Positions 46,856 to 56,138 of a DNA stretch of 63,854 nucleotides are shown here, in pieces. The translations under genes and the position numbers were made by a program. The stretch comes from Alphaproteobacteria bacterium (GTDB lineage: Bacteria; Pseudomonadota; Alphaproteobacteria; Rs-D84). The notes beneath the pieces are model-generated. The model was given only the letters and a program-made list of their open reading frames with translations. It had not been told where the DNA came from and ran no database searches. Each line of letters opens with the position of its first letter. The first letter of the stretch is position 1. Location: NCBI GenBank assembly GCA_009784815.1, contig WQXN01000003.1, positions 1 through 63,854 on the forward strand, written 5' to 3'.

Positions 46856-47334
46856 CCGACCAATATACTTGAAGTGTTGGCATGTGTCAACGCAATAGCA
46901 ATCGCATCCGCCTCGTCCGACTTAGAAACCTCGGCGCCCGGCACAATGATCTTTATCATGCGAAGTACCTGAGACTTATCAGCGTGCCCGGCTCCGGCTA
47001 TTGCCTTTTTGATCTTGTTTGGTTCGTACTCGAAAACTGGAACGCCCGCCTTGGCCAAAGCGACTATGGCGGCGGCTCGACCATGCCCAAGCAATAAAGT
47101 CGAGGTCGGATTTTTATTCACGAAAGTTATCTCAATCGCCGCCTCATCGGGAACAAACTTTACAACCACTGCCTGCAGTTCGTCGAATATCGTCTTCAAC
47201 CGTTCCGACAACTCCAATCCCGACTTCGGCTTTATGACACCCGAAGCTACAAACTTACGCTGATTTCCCGCAACCTCGATCACGGCCCAACCGGTATTAA
47301 CCAATCCCGGATCTATTCCTATAATTCGTTTCAT
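46852..47334 (-). CDS. ruvC: Holliday junction resolvase
   Basis: GIDPG...TGW, AAIE, IKKAIAGAGHADK, DEADAIAIA. Confidence 0.96.
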   Translation of the reverse strand: MKRIIGIDPGLVNTGWAVIEVAGNQRKFVASGVIKPKSGLELSERLKTIFDELQAVVVKFVPDEAAIEITFVNKNPTSTLLLGHGRAAAIVALAKAGVPVFEYEPNKIKKAIAGAGHADKSQVLRMIKIIVPGAEVSKSDEADAIAIALTHANTSSILVG

Positions 47335-48371
47335 TTTACCTCCGCCATCACCTTCTCCTCCAACCCTTCGAATTTCGCAGAATCAACTCCCGTCATCCAA
47401 ACCTGCGCATCGATACGACCCAACTCATCAAACAACCTCGCCCTCGCGCCATCGTCCAAATGCGCGACAACTTCATCAAGCAGAATAATCGGTTTAACTC
47501 CGACAACAGCGGCAACTAACCTGGCATGAGCCAGCGCAAGCGCAAGCAAAATGCTTTTCTGCTGCCCGGTCGAGCATAAATTCGCCGCCCTGCCCAAACT
47601 CGAACTCGCAACCTTAAAGTCGGACTTTTGCGGCCCGTCGAATATCTGCCGGTCGCCTATCAAAGCGCGATTCTCGGACAAATATTTCAAATACTCGTTT
47701 TCGATCTCCGAGATAGGCTCTCCCGCGATGATCCTGTCTTCGATCCACCCCGCCACAGTTATGGTATTGTCTTTAAAGAAATAATTCAACTCGCCGCAAT
47801 ACTTGACTCGTTCGGCGGCGACGGCGGAAGCCGTCTGCATAAGGTTTTCCTCGATCGCCGACAACCAGCCCTCATCTCCGCCCGACTTTATCGCGGCGGC
47901 CCTCTCGGATATTAATTTTACCATCCGCGACAACCGTCCGGCATGAGCGGGCGAAAATCCGGAAATCAAATGATCAAAGAAAGCGCGCCGGTCGCTTGCT
48001 GCGCCGTAAAACAAACCGTCCTCGCGCGGAGTGATCCATAAAGGCTTCACGATCCTAAGAAGCTCGGCGAAACTTGAATCCTGGCCATTGACTTTTACGG
48101 CGCGCCGCTCGGCATTGCAAGCCGTCGCGACAACATCGCCTGAATCCAACTCGGCATGCACGCCAAACCCTTCGACCGATCCAAAGCCCGATAACTCGGA
48201 CAACTCGCTACGCCGCAAACCGGATCCGGAACCCAACAAAGAAATCGCTTCGATTACGTTGGTCTTTCCGGCTCCGTTAGCGCCATATAATACGATATGC
48301 TTGGCGCCGCCGACGCTAACCCTAAGCGACTTATGGTTTCTAAAATTCGTAAGCGTCAGCGTAGTTATCAT
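47331..48371 (-). CDS. recF: DNA replication/repair protein RecF
   Basis: NFRNH, GANGAGKTN, RRAFFD, STGQQK, LLDEVVAHLD. Confidence 0.93.
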   Translation of the reverse strand: MITTLTLTNFRNHKSLRVSVGGAKHIVLYGANGAGKTNVIEAISLLGSGSGLRRSELSELSGFGSVEGFGVHAELDSGDVVATACNAERRAVKVNGQDSSFAELLRIVKPLWITPREDGLFYGAASDRRAFFDHLISGFSPAHAGRLSRMVKLISERAAAIKSGGDEGWLSAIEENLMQTASAVAAERVKYCGELNYFFKDNTITVAGWIEDRIIAGEPISEIENEYLKYLSENRALIGDRQIFDGPQKSDFKVASSSLGRAANLCSTGQQKSILLALALAHARLVAAVVGVKPIILLDEVVAHLDDGARARLFDELGRIDAQVWMTGVDSAKFEGLEEKVMAEVK

Positions 48372-48394
48372 ATCGCATCGATTTCCGGCCTACC

Positions 48395-49297
48395 TTACGC
48401 CGCCTGCCTCGCCGCTTGCCTGGCCACACTCACGACGTTTCCGGCAAAGATATTGTGCGACGTCACCAAGTCCAGCATTTCGTCTTTTTCATCGGTTTTA
48501 GGAACGCTGTTTATATACCTGTTCACGCCTCGAACTCTTTCCTTGGACAATACCGTCATCATGGCTTCCCACACCGCCTCCGGGCTGTCATTCCTGACAA
48601 GCGCGGCCAAAGCCACCTCGGTTACCTTATCGCGATGCCTTTCTAAAATCCGTCCCTTTTTTATAAGCTTGTTAAACAGGCTCGTGCTTTTTACGCCACC
48701 TCCCACTAAATCTGCCGTGACCCTTGTTTCTGAATACCACTCGTTCATCAAAGCATGAACGGCGGCCTTGTCAAACGCGCCCGACTGGCACGACATCCCA
48801 AGATAAACGAAAAGAATCCTCAGCATTTCGCGATTGCTTTCTTTTGTTGCTTTACGGCTTATCTGCAGCTCATCGCATTTTTTGACATACTGCGCGAATT
48901 CGCCTTCGGAAAACTCGCGTCCAAGGTTTTTCCCAAGCTGCCTTCTGCGTCTCGCCTCGATCCTCTCGGCGTCGTTTTTATAAACGCGTCTGCCTTTCTT
49001 TTCGATTACCGACGTAACCGGGACCGGCTTGGACTGTTCTTCCGAAACCGACTGCTCGGCCTGCCTTTTTTCCCTATCCGATACTATAGGCGAAATAATG
49101 CTATAAGCCAAGGCCGCCGAAGGATCTTCCCTTAATACGTTCTTTGCATTGGCAAGCCACTCGGCAAACTCGACATCTCCCATTCCCATAAGTGCGTTGT
49201 TAATCGCATCTGTCCTAGCTTGCCCCCTCAAAGCGTCATCCGGAACCAATCCATCGTCCCATCTTACTTTTCTGTTTTCTACTGCCACCATCGTCAT
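48395..49297 (-). CDS. Hypothetical protein
   Basis: 300-aa ORF with AAGGA SD. Confidence 0.7.
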   Translation of the reverse strand: MTMVAVENRKVRWDDGLVPDDALRGQARTDAINNALMGMGDVEFAEWLANAKNVLREDPSAALAYSIISPIVSDREKRQAEQSVSEEQSKPVPVTSVIEKKGRRVYKNDAERIEARRRRQLGKNLGREFSEGEFAQYVKKCDELQISRKATKESNREMLRILFVYLGMSCQSGAFDKAAVHALMNEWYSETRVTADLVGGGVKSTSLFNKLIKKGRILERHRDKVTEVALAALVRNDSPEAVWEAMMTVLSKERVRGVNRYINSVPKTDEKDEMLDLVTSHNIFAGNVVSVARQAARQAA

Positions 49298-49331
49298 ATT
49301 CTATTCCTTTTTTGTTTTTAATTATCAATAC

Positions 49332-49408
49332 TGGTCGGGGTGACATGACTCGAACATGCGACCTCTTGCACCCCATGCAAGCACTCTACCAGGCTGAGCT
49401 ACACCCCG
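49332..49408 (-). tRNA. tRNA-Pro(GGG)
   Basis: CGGGGTG acceptor, loop ATGGGGT, GTTCGAG, CCA. Confidence 0.95.
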
Positions 49409-49532
49409 ACTATCCGTCGACTATAGCCCACCGTTTCCGATTTTTCAAGCCTTTTCCTAACATCAAAGCTTTTACCATTTACCTTTTGCCTTCTTCCTTT
49501 TTATGCTATAATGCACAAACAAGGAGCCCTAA

Positions 49533-50606
49533 ATGATCCCGCAATTTCTATCAAGCCTAGGAATAAACGTGCTAAACAGCGGTATGAGCCAGTTTATAGC
49601 AAGCTTCGCGGTGTCCCTGGCTATTATGCTGGCCTTTGGTAACGGCTTCATAGCTGGCATGAGAAAACTCCAAGGCAAAGGCCAGCCGATCCGCACCGAC
49701 GGTCCGAAAGCGCACCAAGCCAAATCCGGCACTCCGACTATGGGCGGTCTTCTGGTTATTACGGCGATCTTAGTTTCCAGCGCACTGTTTATGGACCTTG
49801 GCAATTCAATACCCTACATCGCTCTGGCGGCCTTGGTCTCGTTCGGAGTCATAGGATTTATAGACGATTTCGGCAAAATAAAAAGAAAAACCAGCGACAG
49901 CAGCTTCGCAATACTCTCCGGCCGTTCTCGCCTGATAATCCAAGGATTTTTGGCGGTGGCCCTGGCCTTTGCGGTCGACGCGTCGTTCCCGGCCTTTGTG
50001 CCAAGCACAAGCCTCTTGATTCCGTCATTACAGCTGATCATTCCTCTTGGCATCTTCTATTTTATATTTGCGTTTTTCGTGATCGCGGGAACCGCTAACG
50101 CGGCTAACATTACGGACGGTCTGGACGGTATGTTCTCGAAAATATTCCTAACGATAATGTTTGTTATGATGACCGCGCTCATAGCGATCACAAGGCTGGA
50201 CTTCATGCTTATGGCGCCCTACCTGCCTGAAACCGCGGCCCTGTTCCCAGTATTCGGAGCAGTAATGGGAGCAACCCTAGGCTTCCTCTGGTTCAATTCC
50301 GCGCCGGCGCAAATCTTCATGGGCGACACCGGAAGCCTGGCCTTGGGCGGATTTTTAGGCACCAGCGCAATGCTTATGAAAAGCGAAATCATAATGGGCG
50401 TCGCGGCATTAATGATGGTCGCGATCCTTGCTTCATCTTTCCTGCAGATTTTTTATTACAAGTTTACGGGCAAAAGACTGTTCAAAATGGCGCCTCTTCA
50501 TCATCACTTTGAACTGTCGGGCTGGAAGGAAAGCAAAGTCGCGGAACGTTTTTGGATTATCACGATCCTGTTCGGCGGCCTTGCTCTGGCCCTCCTGCGG
50601 GGATAG
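49533..50606 (+). CDS. mraY: Phospho-N-acetylmuramoyl-pentapeptide transferase
   Basis: KSGTPTMGG, IDD, NAANITDGLDG, IFMGDTGS, MAPLHHHFE. Confidence 0.96.
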   Translation: MIPQFLSSLGINVLNSGMSQFIASFAVSLAIMLAFGNGFIAGMRKLQGKGQPIRTDGPKAHQAKSGTPTMGGLLVITAILVSSALFMDLGNSIPYIALAALVSFGVIGFIDDFGKIKRKTSDSSFAILSGRSRLIIQGFLAVALAFAVDASFPAFVPSTSLLIPSLQLIIPLGIFYFIFAFFVIAGTANAANITDGLDGMFSKIFLTIMFVMMTALIAITRLDFMLMAPYLPETAALFPVFGAVMGATLGFLWFNSAPAQIFMGDTGSLALGGFLGTSAMLMKSEIIMGVAALMMVAILASSFLQIFYYKFTGKRLFKMAPLHHHFELSGWKESKVAERFWIITILFGGLALALLRG

Positions 50607-50610
50607 CCCG

Positions 50611-51789
50611 ATGCGTTTCCAAAGGCGCGACCCAAGCTTTTTAACCAAATGGTTTTTTCAGACTGACCGAACAATACTGTACATAGTTTTCGGCCTGATC
50701 GCGGTGGGAATATATATGCTTATCTCGGCCGGAGGCTACGCGGCGGGCCGCATAGGCCAGCCGCCCCTGTATTTTTTCTGGAAGGCGCTTCCACTTATGG
50801 CGGCAGGCGTCACCGCGCTGTTCTTTTTTTCATTCCTGAATAAGAAACAAATCATATACATATCGGCAATCCTAGGGGCAATCTCGGCCCTGCTCGTGCT
50901 TATGACGTTAATATCTCCGACCTGCATCAAAGGTTCTTGCAGATGGATAACCTTGGCGGGCTTTCAACTCCATCCGTCCGAACTGCTAAAGCCTTTCTTC
51001 ATAGTCCTCACCGCCACCTTCTTCTCATTCGTCACCTCGCGACTTGATCGCGGGATTTCGGTCACCAAATACTGGACCCTCTATCTTACCATCACCCTTC
51101 CCCTGCTTGCCACTATACTAATACGCAAAGACCTTGGCATGACTATGATTTACCTTGCGGTGTTCACCTCGATGTGGTTTTTTTCGGGCGCGAAACTAAG
51201 GTACATATTCATGCTGGGCGCTGCGGGCGGCGGCATAGTTGGCGCTGCGTTTATGCTTTGGTCTCACGTCAGAATAAGAATCATGGGAACTGGGGACCAA
51301 TTCCAAGTGGGCAAGGCTCTGGACTCGATAAGGAACGGCGGCTTCATAGGCCAAAGCAACAGCAGCTTCGTCAAATCGGACTTACCCGACAGTCATACGG
51401 ACTTCGTGTTCGCAGCCTTTACGGAAGACCGCGGAGTTATATTCGGAATCCTGCTTCTTGCGCTTTACTTTTGGCTGATGTTTAGAATCTTGAACCTGAT
51501 GCAAACTATCAAAGACCCTATGACGAAACTAGTGTGCGGAGGAACGGTTGCATTGATAGCGATCCACCTGCTTCTAAATATAGGCACTACCCTGAATCTG
51601 ACTCCGGCCAAAGGCACAATCCTGCCGTTTATTTCTTACGGAGGCTCGGCGTTTATAACAATGTGCGCAGTCTTTGGCATTCTCCTGGGCCTCCTCCGCA
51701 GTTATAAATTTGACTACAATTTCAAAAAATGCCTAGCAACCAAAGCCTCTGAGAAATCGTCCAATACCAAGGAAAACCGACCGACGTAG
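50611..51789 (+). CDS. ftsW: SEDS peptidoglycan glycosyltransferase FtsW
   Basis: RWI, PSELLK, DLG, LPDSHTDFVF, P.KG..LPFISYGGS; between mraY and murG. Confidence 0.9.
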   Translation: MRFQRRDPSFLTKWFFQTDRTILYIVFGLIAVGIYMLISAGGYAAGRIGQPPLYFFWKALPLMAAGVTALFFFSFLNKKQIIYISAILGAISALLVLMTLISPTCIKGSCRWITLAGFQLHPSELLKPFFIVLTATFFSFVTSRLDRGISVTKYWTLYLTITLPLLATILIRKDLGMTMIYLAVFTSMWFFSGAKLRYIFMLGAAGGGIVGAAFMLWSHVRIRIMGTGDQFQVGKALDSIRNGGFIGQSNSSFVKSDLPDSHTDFVFAAFTEDRGVIFGILLLALYFWLMFRILNLMQTIKDPMTKLVCGGTVALIAIHLLLNIGTTLNLTPAKGTILPFISYGGSAFITMCAVFGILLGLLRSYKFDYNFKKCLATKASEKSSNTKENRPT

Positions 51790-51876
51790 GCCTCTAAGGC
51801 TGCCGCGGCGCGTCAGTTTCTCCGACGGTAGTGGGCGATTTAACAAGGCGATTGAAGTTGCTCGCATTTTTTGTCA
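51718..51876 (+). repeat. Long palindromic element overlapping the ftsW 3' end
   Basis: TTCAAAAAATGC...AATCGTCCAATACCAAGG...GCATTTTTTGTCA. Confidence 0.88.
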
Positions 51877-51904
51877 TATTTATAACAATATAAGAGGTAC
51901 ATAC

Positions 51905-52933
51905 ATGAGAATTTGGATAGCAACCGGCGGCACAGGGGGCCACATTTTCCCCGCCCTATCAGTTGCGCAAGCCCTAAACGTCCGCATAACCATCTCGACC
52001 GACTCTCGCGGCTACGACCTTGTCCGCAAAAACGCTCCCGAAAACGCGCGCATCGTTCGCATCTGGGCGTCAGGTGTCGGCAACCGCGGCAAGCTCGGCA
52101 AAATCTTCGCTCTGACCAAAATCGCGCTCAGCACTGTCCTACTGACGCTCCGCTTCACCATCTCTCGTCCAACAAAAATTATCGCATTCGGAGGCTATTC
52201 GTCAGTCCCTCCCGTCCTCGCCGGAAAGCTTTGGCGCATCCCAATCTTCCTTCACGAACAAAACGCGGCGGCGGGCAAAGCCAACGCCCTAAGCGCGCGC
52301 TTCGCAACCAAGATCCTAACCTCGTTCCCGAACACCACCGGCTTACCCAAGAATGCACAAATCGAACTAACGGGCCTTCCTGTCCGCTCCGACTTCAAGC
52401 CCTCCCCCTTTCAATTCAATCACACTATTTTCATCACCGGCGGCAGCCTCGGCGCGTCCATACTTCTGGAAGTAGTGCCTCAAGCGATCGCCCTTCTCCC
52501 GGCCGCCATAAAAAAGAATTTAAAGATCGTGCAACAGGTGAACGAACTCCACACGCACGCTCTAAGCAAGTTTTATACAAGGGAAGGAATCAAGCACAGA
52601 CTCGCTCCCTTCTTCAAAGATATGGCGTCAGAAATCACGAACTCGTCGCTGGTGATCGGCCGAAGCGGAGCCAGCACTGTGGTGGAATTGATGACGATAG
52701 GCCGCCCTGCAATTTTAATTCCCTTAAATATAAACCCCGATCAATTAGCGAACGCGCGCGCATTTGAAAAACAATGCCAAGGAATAGTGATAGAACAGAA
52801 AAACTTCACGCCCAAACTCTTATCGAAAACCATAGCGGAACTTTTTTCGAATCCCGCCCGTCTTGAAAAAATGGCCGCGGCGGCGCGGACTCCCAACCAC
52901 GCGATCCAAAACATTTTATCCGCCATAAAATAA
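51905..52933 (+). CDS. murG: Lipid II GlcNAc transferase
   Basis: GGTGGHIFPA, GGY, HEQN, GLPVR, GGSLGA, RSGAST, Q..NA. Confidence 0.96.
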   Translation: MRIWIATGGTGGHIFPALSVAQALNVRITISTDSRGYDLVRKNAPENARIVRIWASGVGNRGKLGKIFALTKIALSTVLLTLRFTISRPTKIIAFGGYSSVPPVLAGKLWRIPIFLHEQNAAAGKANALSARFATKILTSFPNTTGLPKNAQIELTGLPVRSDFKPSPFQFNHTIFITGGSLGASILLEVVPQAIALLPAAIKKNLKIVQQVNELHTHALSKFYTREGIKHRLAPFFKDMASEITNSSLVIGRSGASTVVELMTIGRPAILIPLNINPDQLANARAFEKQCQGIVIEQKNFTPKLLSKTIAELFSNPARLEKMAAAARTPNHAIQNILSAIK

Positions 52934-52955
52934 CATTGCCACCCACCCCCTCATT

Positions 52956-53069
52956 TGTCATCCCGGGCGAATTTATACTGTCATCCCGGGCGAAGACCCG
53001 GGACCTCCCACCATCTCCTCCCTTGTCATCCCGGGCGAAGACCCGGGACCTCCCAACACAAGCAGAGCC
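52956..53069 (+). repeat. REP cluster (one partial and two full copies) with ACAAGCAGAGC tail
   Basis: TGTCATCCCGGGCGAAGACCCGGGACCTCCC twice, abutting the GIY-YIG stop. Confidence 0.9.
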
Positions 53070-53353
53070 TCACAAACCTTCAAACAAATCCAACCATTTA
53101 GAATTCATTTTTTCAACCAACTCAACTTTCCATTCTTTTCTCCATCGCTTAATCAACTTTTCTCTTTTTATCGCAACACATGAGTCTTCATGCAATTCAT
53201 ACCACACTAATTTTCTGCATTGTATTTTTCTGTAAAACCCTCAACTAAATGATTTTTATGTTCGTAAATTCGTTTTTTAAGATCACTCGTAACACCAGTG
53301 TACATAACATTATTGTATTTATTCGTCACTATATAAACGTAATAGTATTTCAT
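53070..53353 (-). pseudogene. GIY-YIG nuclease, frameshifted
   Basis: YYVYIVTN...YTGVTSDL.KRI.EH; adding one A at 53211-53214 restores KLVWYE..AIKREK.IKRW..EWK.EL.EK.N..W.DL. Confidence 0.88.
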
Positions 53354-53369
53354 AAAATCATTAATCGAA

Positions 53370-55463
53370 CTACTGCGCCGGCTGCTGCGGCCGATCAAAT
53401 CCCGTCATACCACCGGCTCCGGCTATAGCCCTGTTATTTCTAAGCGTCTCTGCGGCGTTTCTAAACCCGTCCTGCAAGTTCACCAACCCTTCCGTCATAG
53501 TCCTCCCGCTCGCTCCGCAAATAGTAGTCGGAACCTTGATGGCAATACTCGATGGCTGCCTATTAACCAAAGCGTTACACATATCTATCATGGCTCTTTC
53601 TGGCCTCGCCGCACTGCTTACCTGCGCCAAGAGATTGCCGGTTTCTCTAACCAAACAGTTAAGATTATCCAGCTGATCGGCCTCGTTGCAAATGGTATGA
53701 GCGTTAACAGCTGATCCGCCTGCGCTCGCCCCGGCCTGCTCGCTTGCGGCGGTCAGAACGGCTGCATGAGTCATAGTGCGAATCTGCTTTGCGATTATTT
53801 CAAGCTGATTATACTGTCTGAACATCTCACCTGTGATCGCCGACGCTCGCCTTACGATCAATTCCTTATCCGGCTCCGTCCCCTGACTGAAACATATCCC
53901 CACATTTTTCATGCCTTCATCCGCTTCGGTCCTGTTATTCGCATGCACCGGACACATTGCGAACCTCACATTTATATTATTTCTAACACAGCGTCCCGTT
54001 TCTATATCTATGCCGCCAATGCAAATATTCCTAGAATCCTCTTCCTTTCCAGCACAATGGCAAGCGTTGTTTCTATCAACAAGACTCAACGCATGACGAA
54101 GCGGTTCGATATCTATAGCGTCCGCGCGCGCGCGCCTGCGCCCGAACATTCCGCGTGAAGTGGCGGATTCTGACATACACCCGACTACCATATTGTCATT
54201 ACGTCTTTGCAACCCGTTTTTTTCCGAAGCGGGAATAGCAAATTCGGCGAACACCTCTTCTCCTGAATTTATCGGCCTTATCAACCTATTCGTAATTCTT
54301 CCATGTATATTTGTTTTGTCCGGCTGCGTCATGCAAAGCCCGTGCGCTGTAACTGTCTGCCCTGACGGGCAACTATCCATAGCCATATAAAGTCCCCACC
54401 TTGAACAAGCCCCTTCCAGCAGCATATAAATATTGTTCATGTCGGCGCCAAGCGCCATGCCCATATCTACGACATCCATGATACGATCGATCGCTTCGTC
54501 AAACGGGTGGAAAAATCTATTAGTCTTTTCGCGGAACGCGGCTATGCGCCTTACCTCGCCGCAATTCTCGCCGCGATAATCACACTTGGCGTAATCGAAT
54601 ACGGTTGTCATGGATTTTTTAAGCGCGGCAAGCGCGCCTTCCATGCGCTGAATTTCGGACATGATCTGACCTGATGCCTGCTCTCGCGCCAACAATTCGG
54701 CGCGCCGGGCATCGACGGGCATGGTGGCGACCTGAACCGCTGCGGCCTGCGCCTGCTGCTGCGCGGCGGTCATTTCTTGAATCAAAGCCTGCTGTTGCTG
54801 CGCGGCTGCGGCCTGCTGTGCGGCCATCTGCTGCTGCATTGCCATCATCTGCTGCTGCATTGCGTCGGCCTGTGCATTGTTGGTGGCTTGCGCTGCTGCA
54901 GCCGCCTGCGCTTCAGCGGCGGCGCGCTGCTGGGCGGCCAATCCCATATTGGCTATCTCGGCGGCCAGCGCGCCAGGCAAAGCGGGGAATTGACGGCAAC
55001 CCAAAGCCATTACGGGTTGTAACCCTGACATGCATCCTTCTATTATACTAAGAACCAAATTCGCATCGGGACAACCCGCCGAACACCTAGGCAGAACACA
55101 ACGGCGCAACATGGCGTCGCAGTTTCGATAACTAACGCCGGACTGAGCGAAACAGTTAACAAGAACTTCAGTGCATCGCGGCATGTCTGCCCCGCCGGGA
55201 CGTTCGCGTGCCTGTACTCTTCCCGCGGCCAAAGCTTCCATATCTATATGGCGGGCGCACTCGTCGAATCGGGCGCATACGGCCTGCTCCAAAGCCATTG
55301 TCCGCTGAGGCATGGACAAATTATTGAATCGGTTTGCATCGACCACCCCGCCTCCGCGAAGCCCGGTAATATTTCCGCCGCCGCCCATTATTGCCGGACC
55401 CGGACCCGCAATATTCGGATTCGCGTGCGCGGATAATGTTGCGATCACTGCAACCATCGGCAT
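53370..55463 (-). CDS. Large cysteine-rich protein with Gln/Ala-rich coil; true start probably 55512 across a frameshift
   Basis: Many Cys, QQQMMAMQQQ segment, truncated signal peptide. Confidence 0.7.
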   Translation of the reverse strand: MPMVAVIATLSAHANPNIAGPGPAIMGGGGNITGLRGGGVVDANRFNNLSMPQRTMALEQAVCARFDECARHIDMEALAAGRVQARERPGGADMPRCTEVLVNCFAQSGVSYRNCDAMLRRCVLPRCSAGCPDANLVLSIIEGCMSGLQPVMALGCRQFPALPGALAAEIANMGLAAQQRAAAEAQAAAAAQATNNAQADAMQQQMMAMQQQMAAQQAAAAQQQQALIQEMTAAQQQAQAAAVQVATMPVDARRAELLAREQASGQIMSEIQRMEGALAALKKSMTTVFDYAKCDYRGENCGEVRRIAAFREKTNRFFHPFDEAIDRIMDVVDMGMALGADMNNIYMLLEGACSRWGLYMAMDSCPSGQTVTAHGLCMTQPDKTNIHGRITNRLIRPINSGEEVFAEFAIPASEKNGLQRRNDNMVVGCMSESATSRGMFGRRRARADAIDIEPLRHALSLVDRNNACHCAGKEEDSRNICIGGIDIETGRCVRNNINVRFAMCPVHANNRTEADEGMKNVGICFSQGTEPDKELIVRRASAITGEMFRQYNQLEIIAKQIRTMTHAAVLTAASEQAGASAGGSAVNAHTICNEADQLDNLNCLVRETGNLLAQVSSAARPERAMIDMCNALVNRQPSSIAIKVPTTICGASGRTMTEGLVNLQDGFRNAAETLRNNRAIAGAGGMTGFDRPQQPAQ

Positions 55464-55745
55464 TAAACCAACAAAACCTACTAACTTTCTAAAAATAACC
55501 CACCTCTCTCATTCCCTTATTTTACCACATTCCATCCCAACTATCAAATCAAAAAAGCCGTCGCACCTTGCTGGGTCCCACCATTTTTCCGCTTTCCTTT
55601 TATCTTTTTACTTCTTGTTATAAGCCAATTTTTCGTCAATCTACTCATGAAAACTTGACATTCCGTTCAAACCCTGTTAAAGTTCACCCCATAGCCGTCG
55701 CAAAATAAACCGCGACGCAAAGATAACCGAAACAAAGGGAAATAA

Positions 55746-55985
55746 ATGTCAAACACTTTTGAAACCATGAAACAAGTCATAGTCGAAAAACTTAATGTTA
55801 AACCGGAAGACGTAACCCCGGAAAAATCTTTCCAGCAGGACTTGGGCGCCGACAGCCTCGATTTGGTCGAGCTGATAATGGAGCTAGAAAGCAAATGGAA
55901 CATCACCATTCCCGATGAAGACGCGGCGAAACTTCTGACCGTCGGCAACGCGGTTGAATACATTGACGCCAAGCTGAACAAGTAA
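55746..55985 (+). CDS. acpP: Acyl carrier protein
   Basis: DLGADSLDLVELIMELE. Confidence 0.97.
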   Translation: MSNTFETMKQVIVEKLNVKPEDVTPEKSFQQDLGADSLDLVELIMELESKWNITIPDEDAAKLLTVGNAVEYIDAKLNK

Positions 55986-56005
55986 TAGATTTAACAACTA
56001 TTAAA

Positions 56006-56066
56006 CGTCACCCCCGGTGGTTCGCGCCGTAGTTCGCAAGAACGAAGGCGGATAACCGGGGGTCTC
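56006..56066 (+). repeat. REP with mini-hairpin nested in its loop
   Basis: CGTCACCCCCGGT-[mini repeat]-ACCGGGGGTCT. Confidence 0.8.
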
Positions 56067-56138
56067 TTCATTATTTCTTGAACTATCCCCTAAAATTTCC
56101 TATAATTCCAAAGATTTAACAAATCAAAGGAATTAAAT

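Noticed and set aside
52956-53069. CRISPR array
   Set aside because: Only 2-3 units with short uneven spacers, the same motif is dispersed singly elsewhere, and there are no cas genes.
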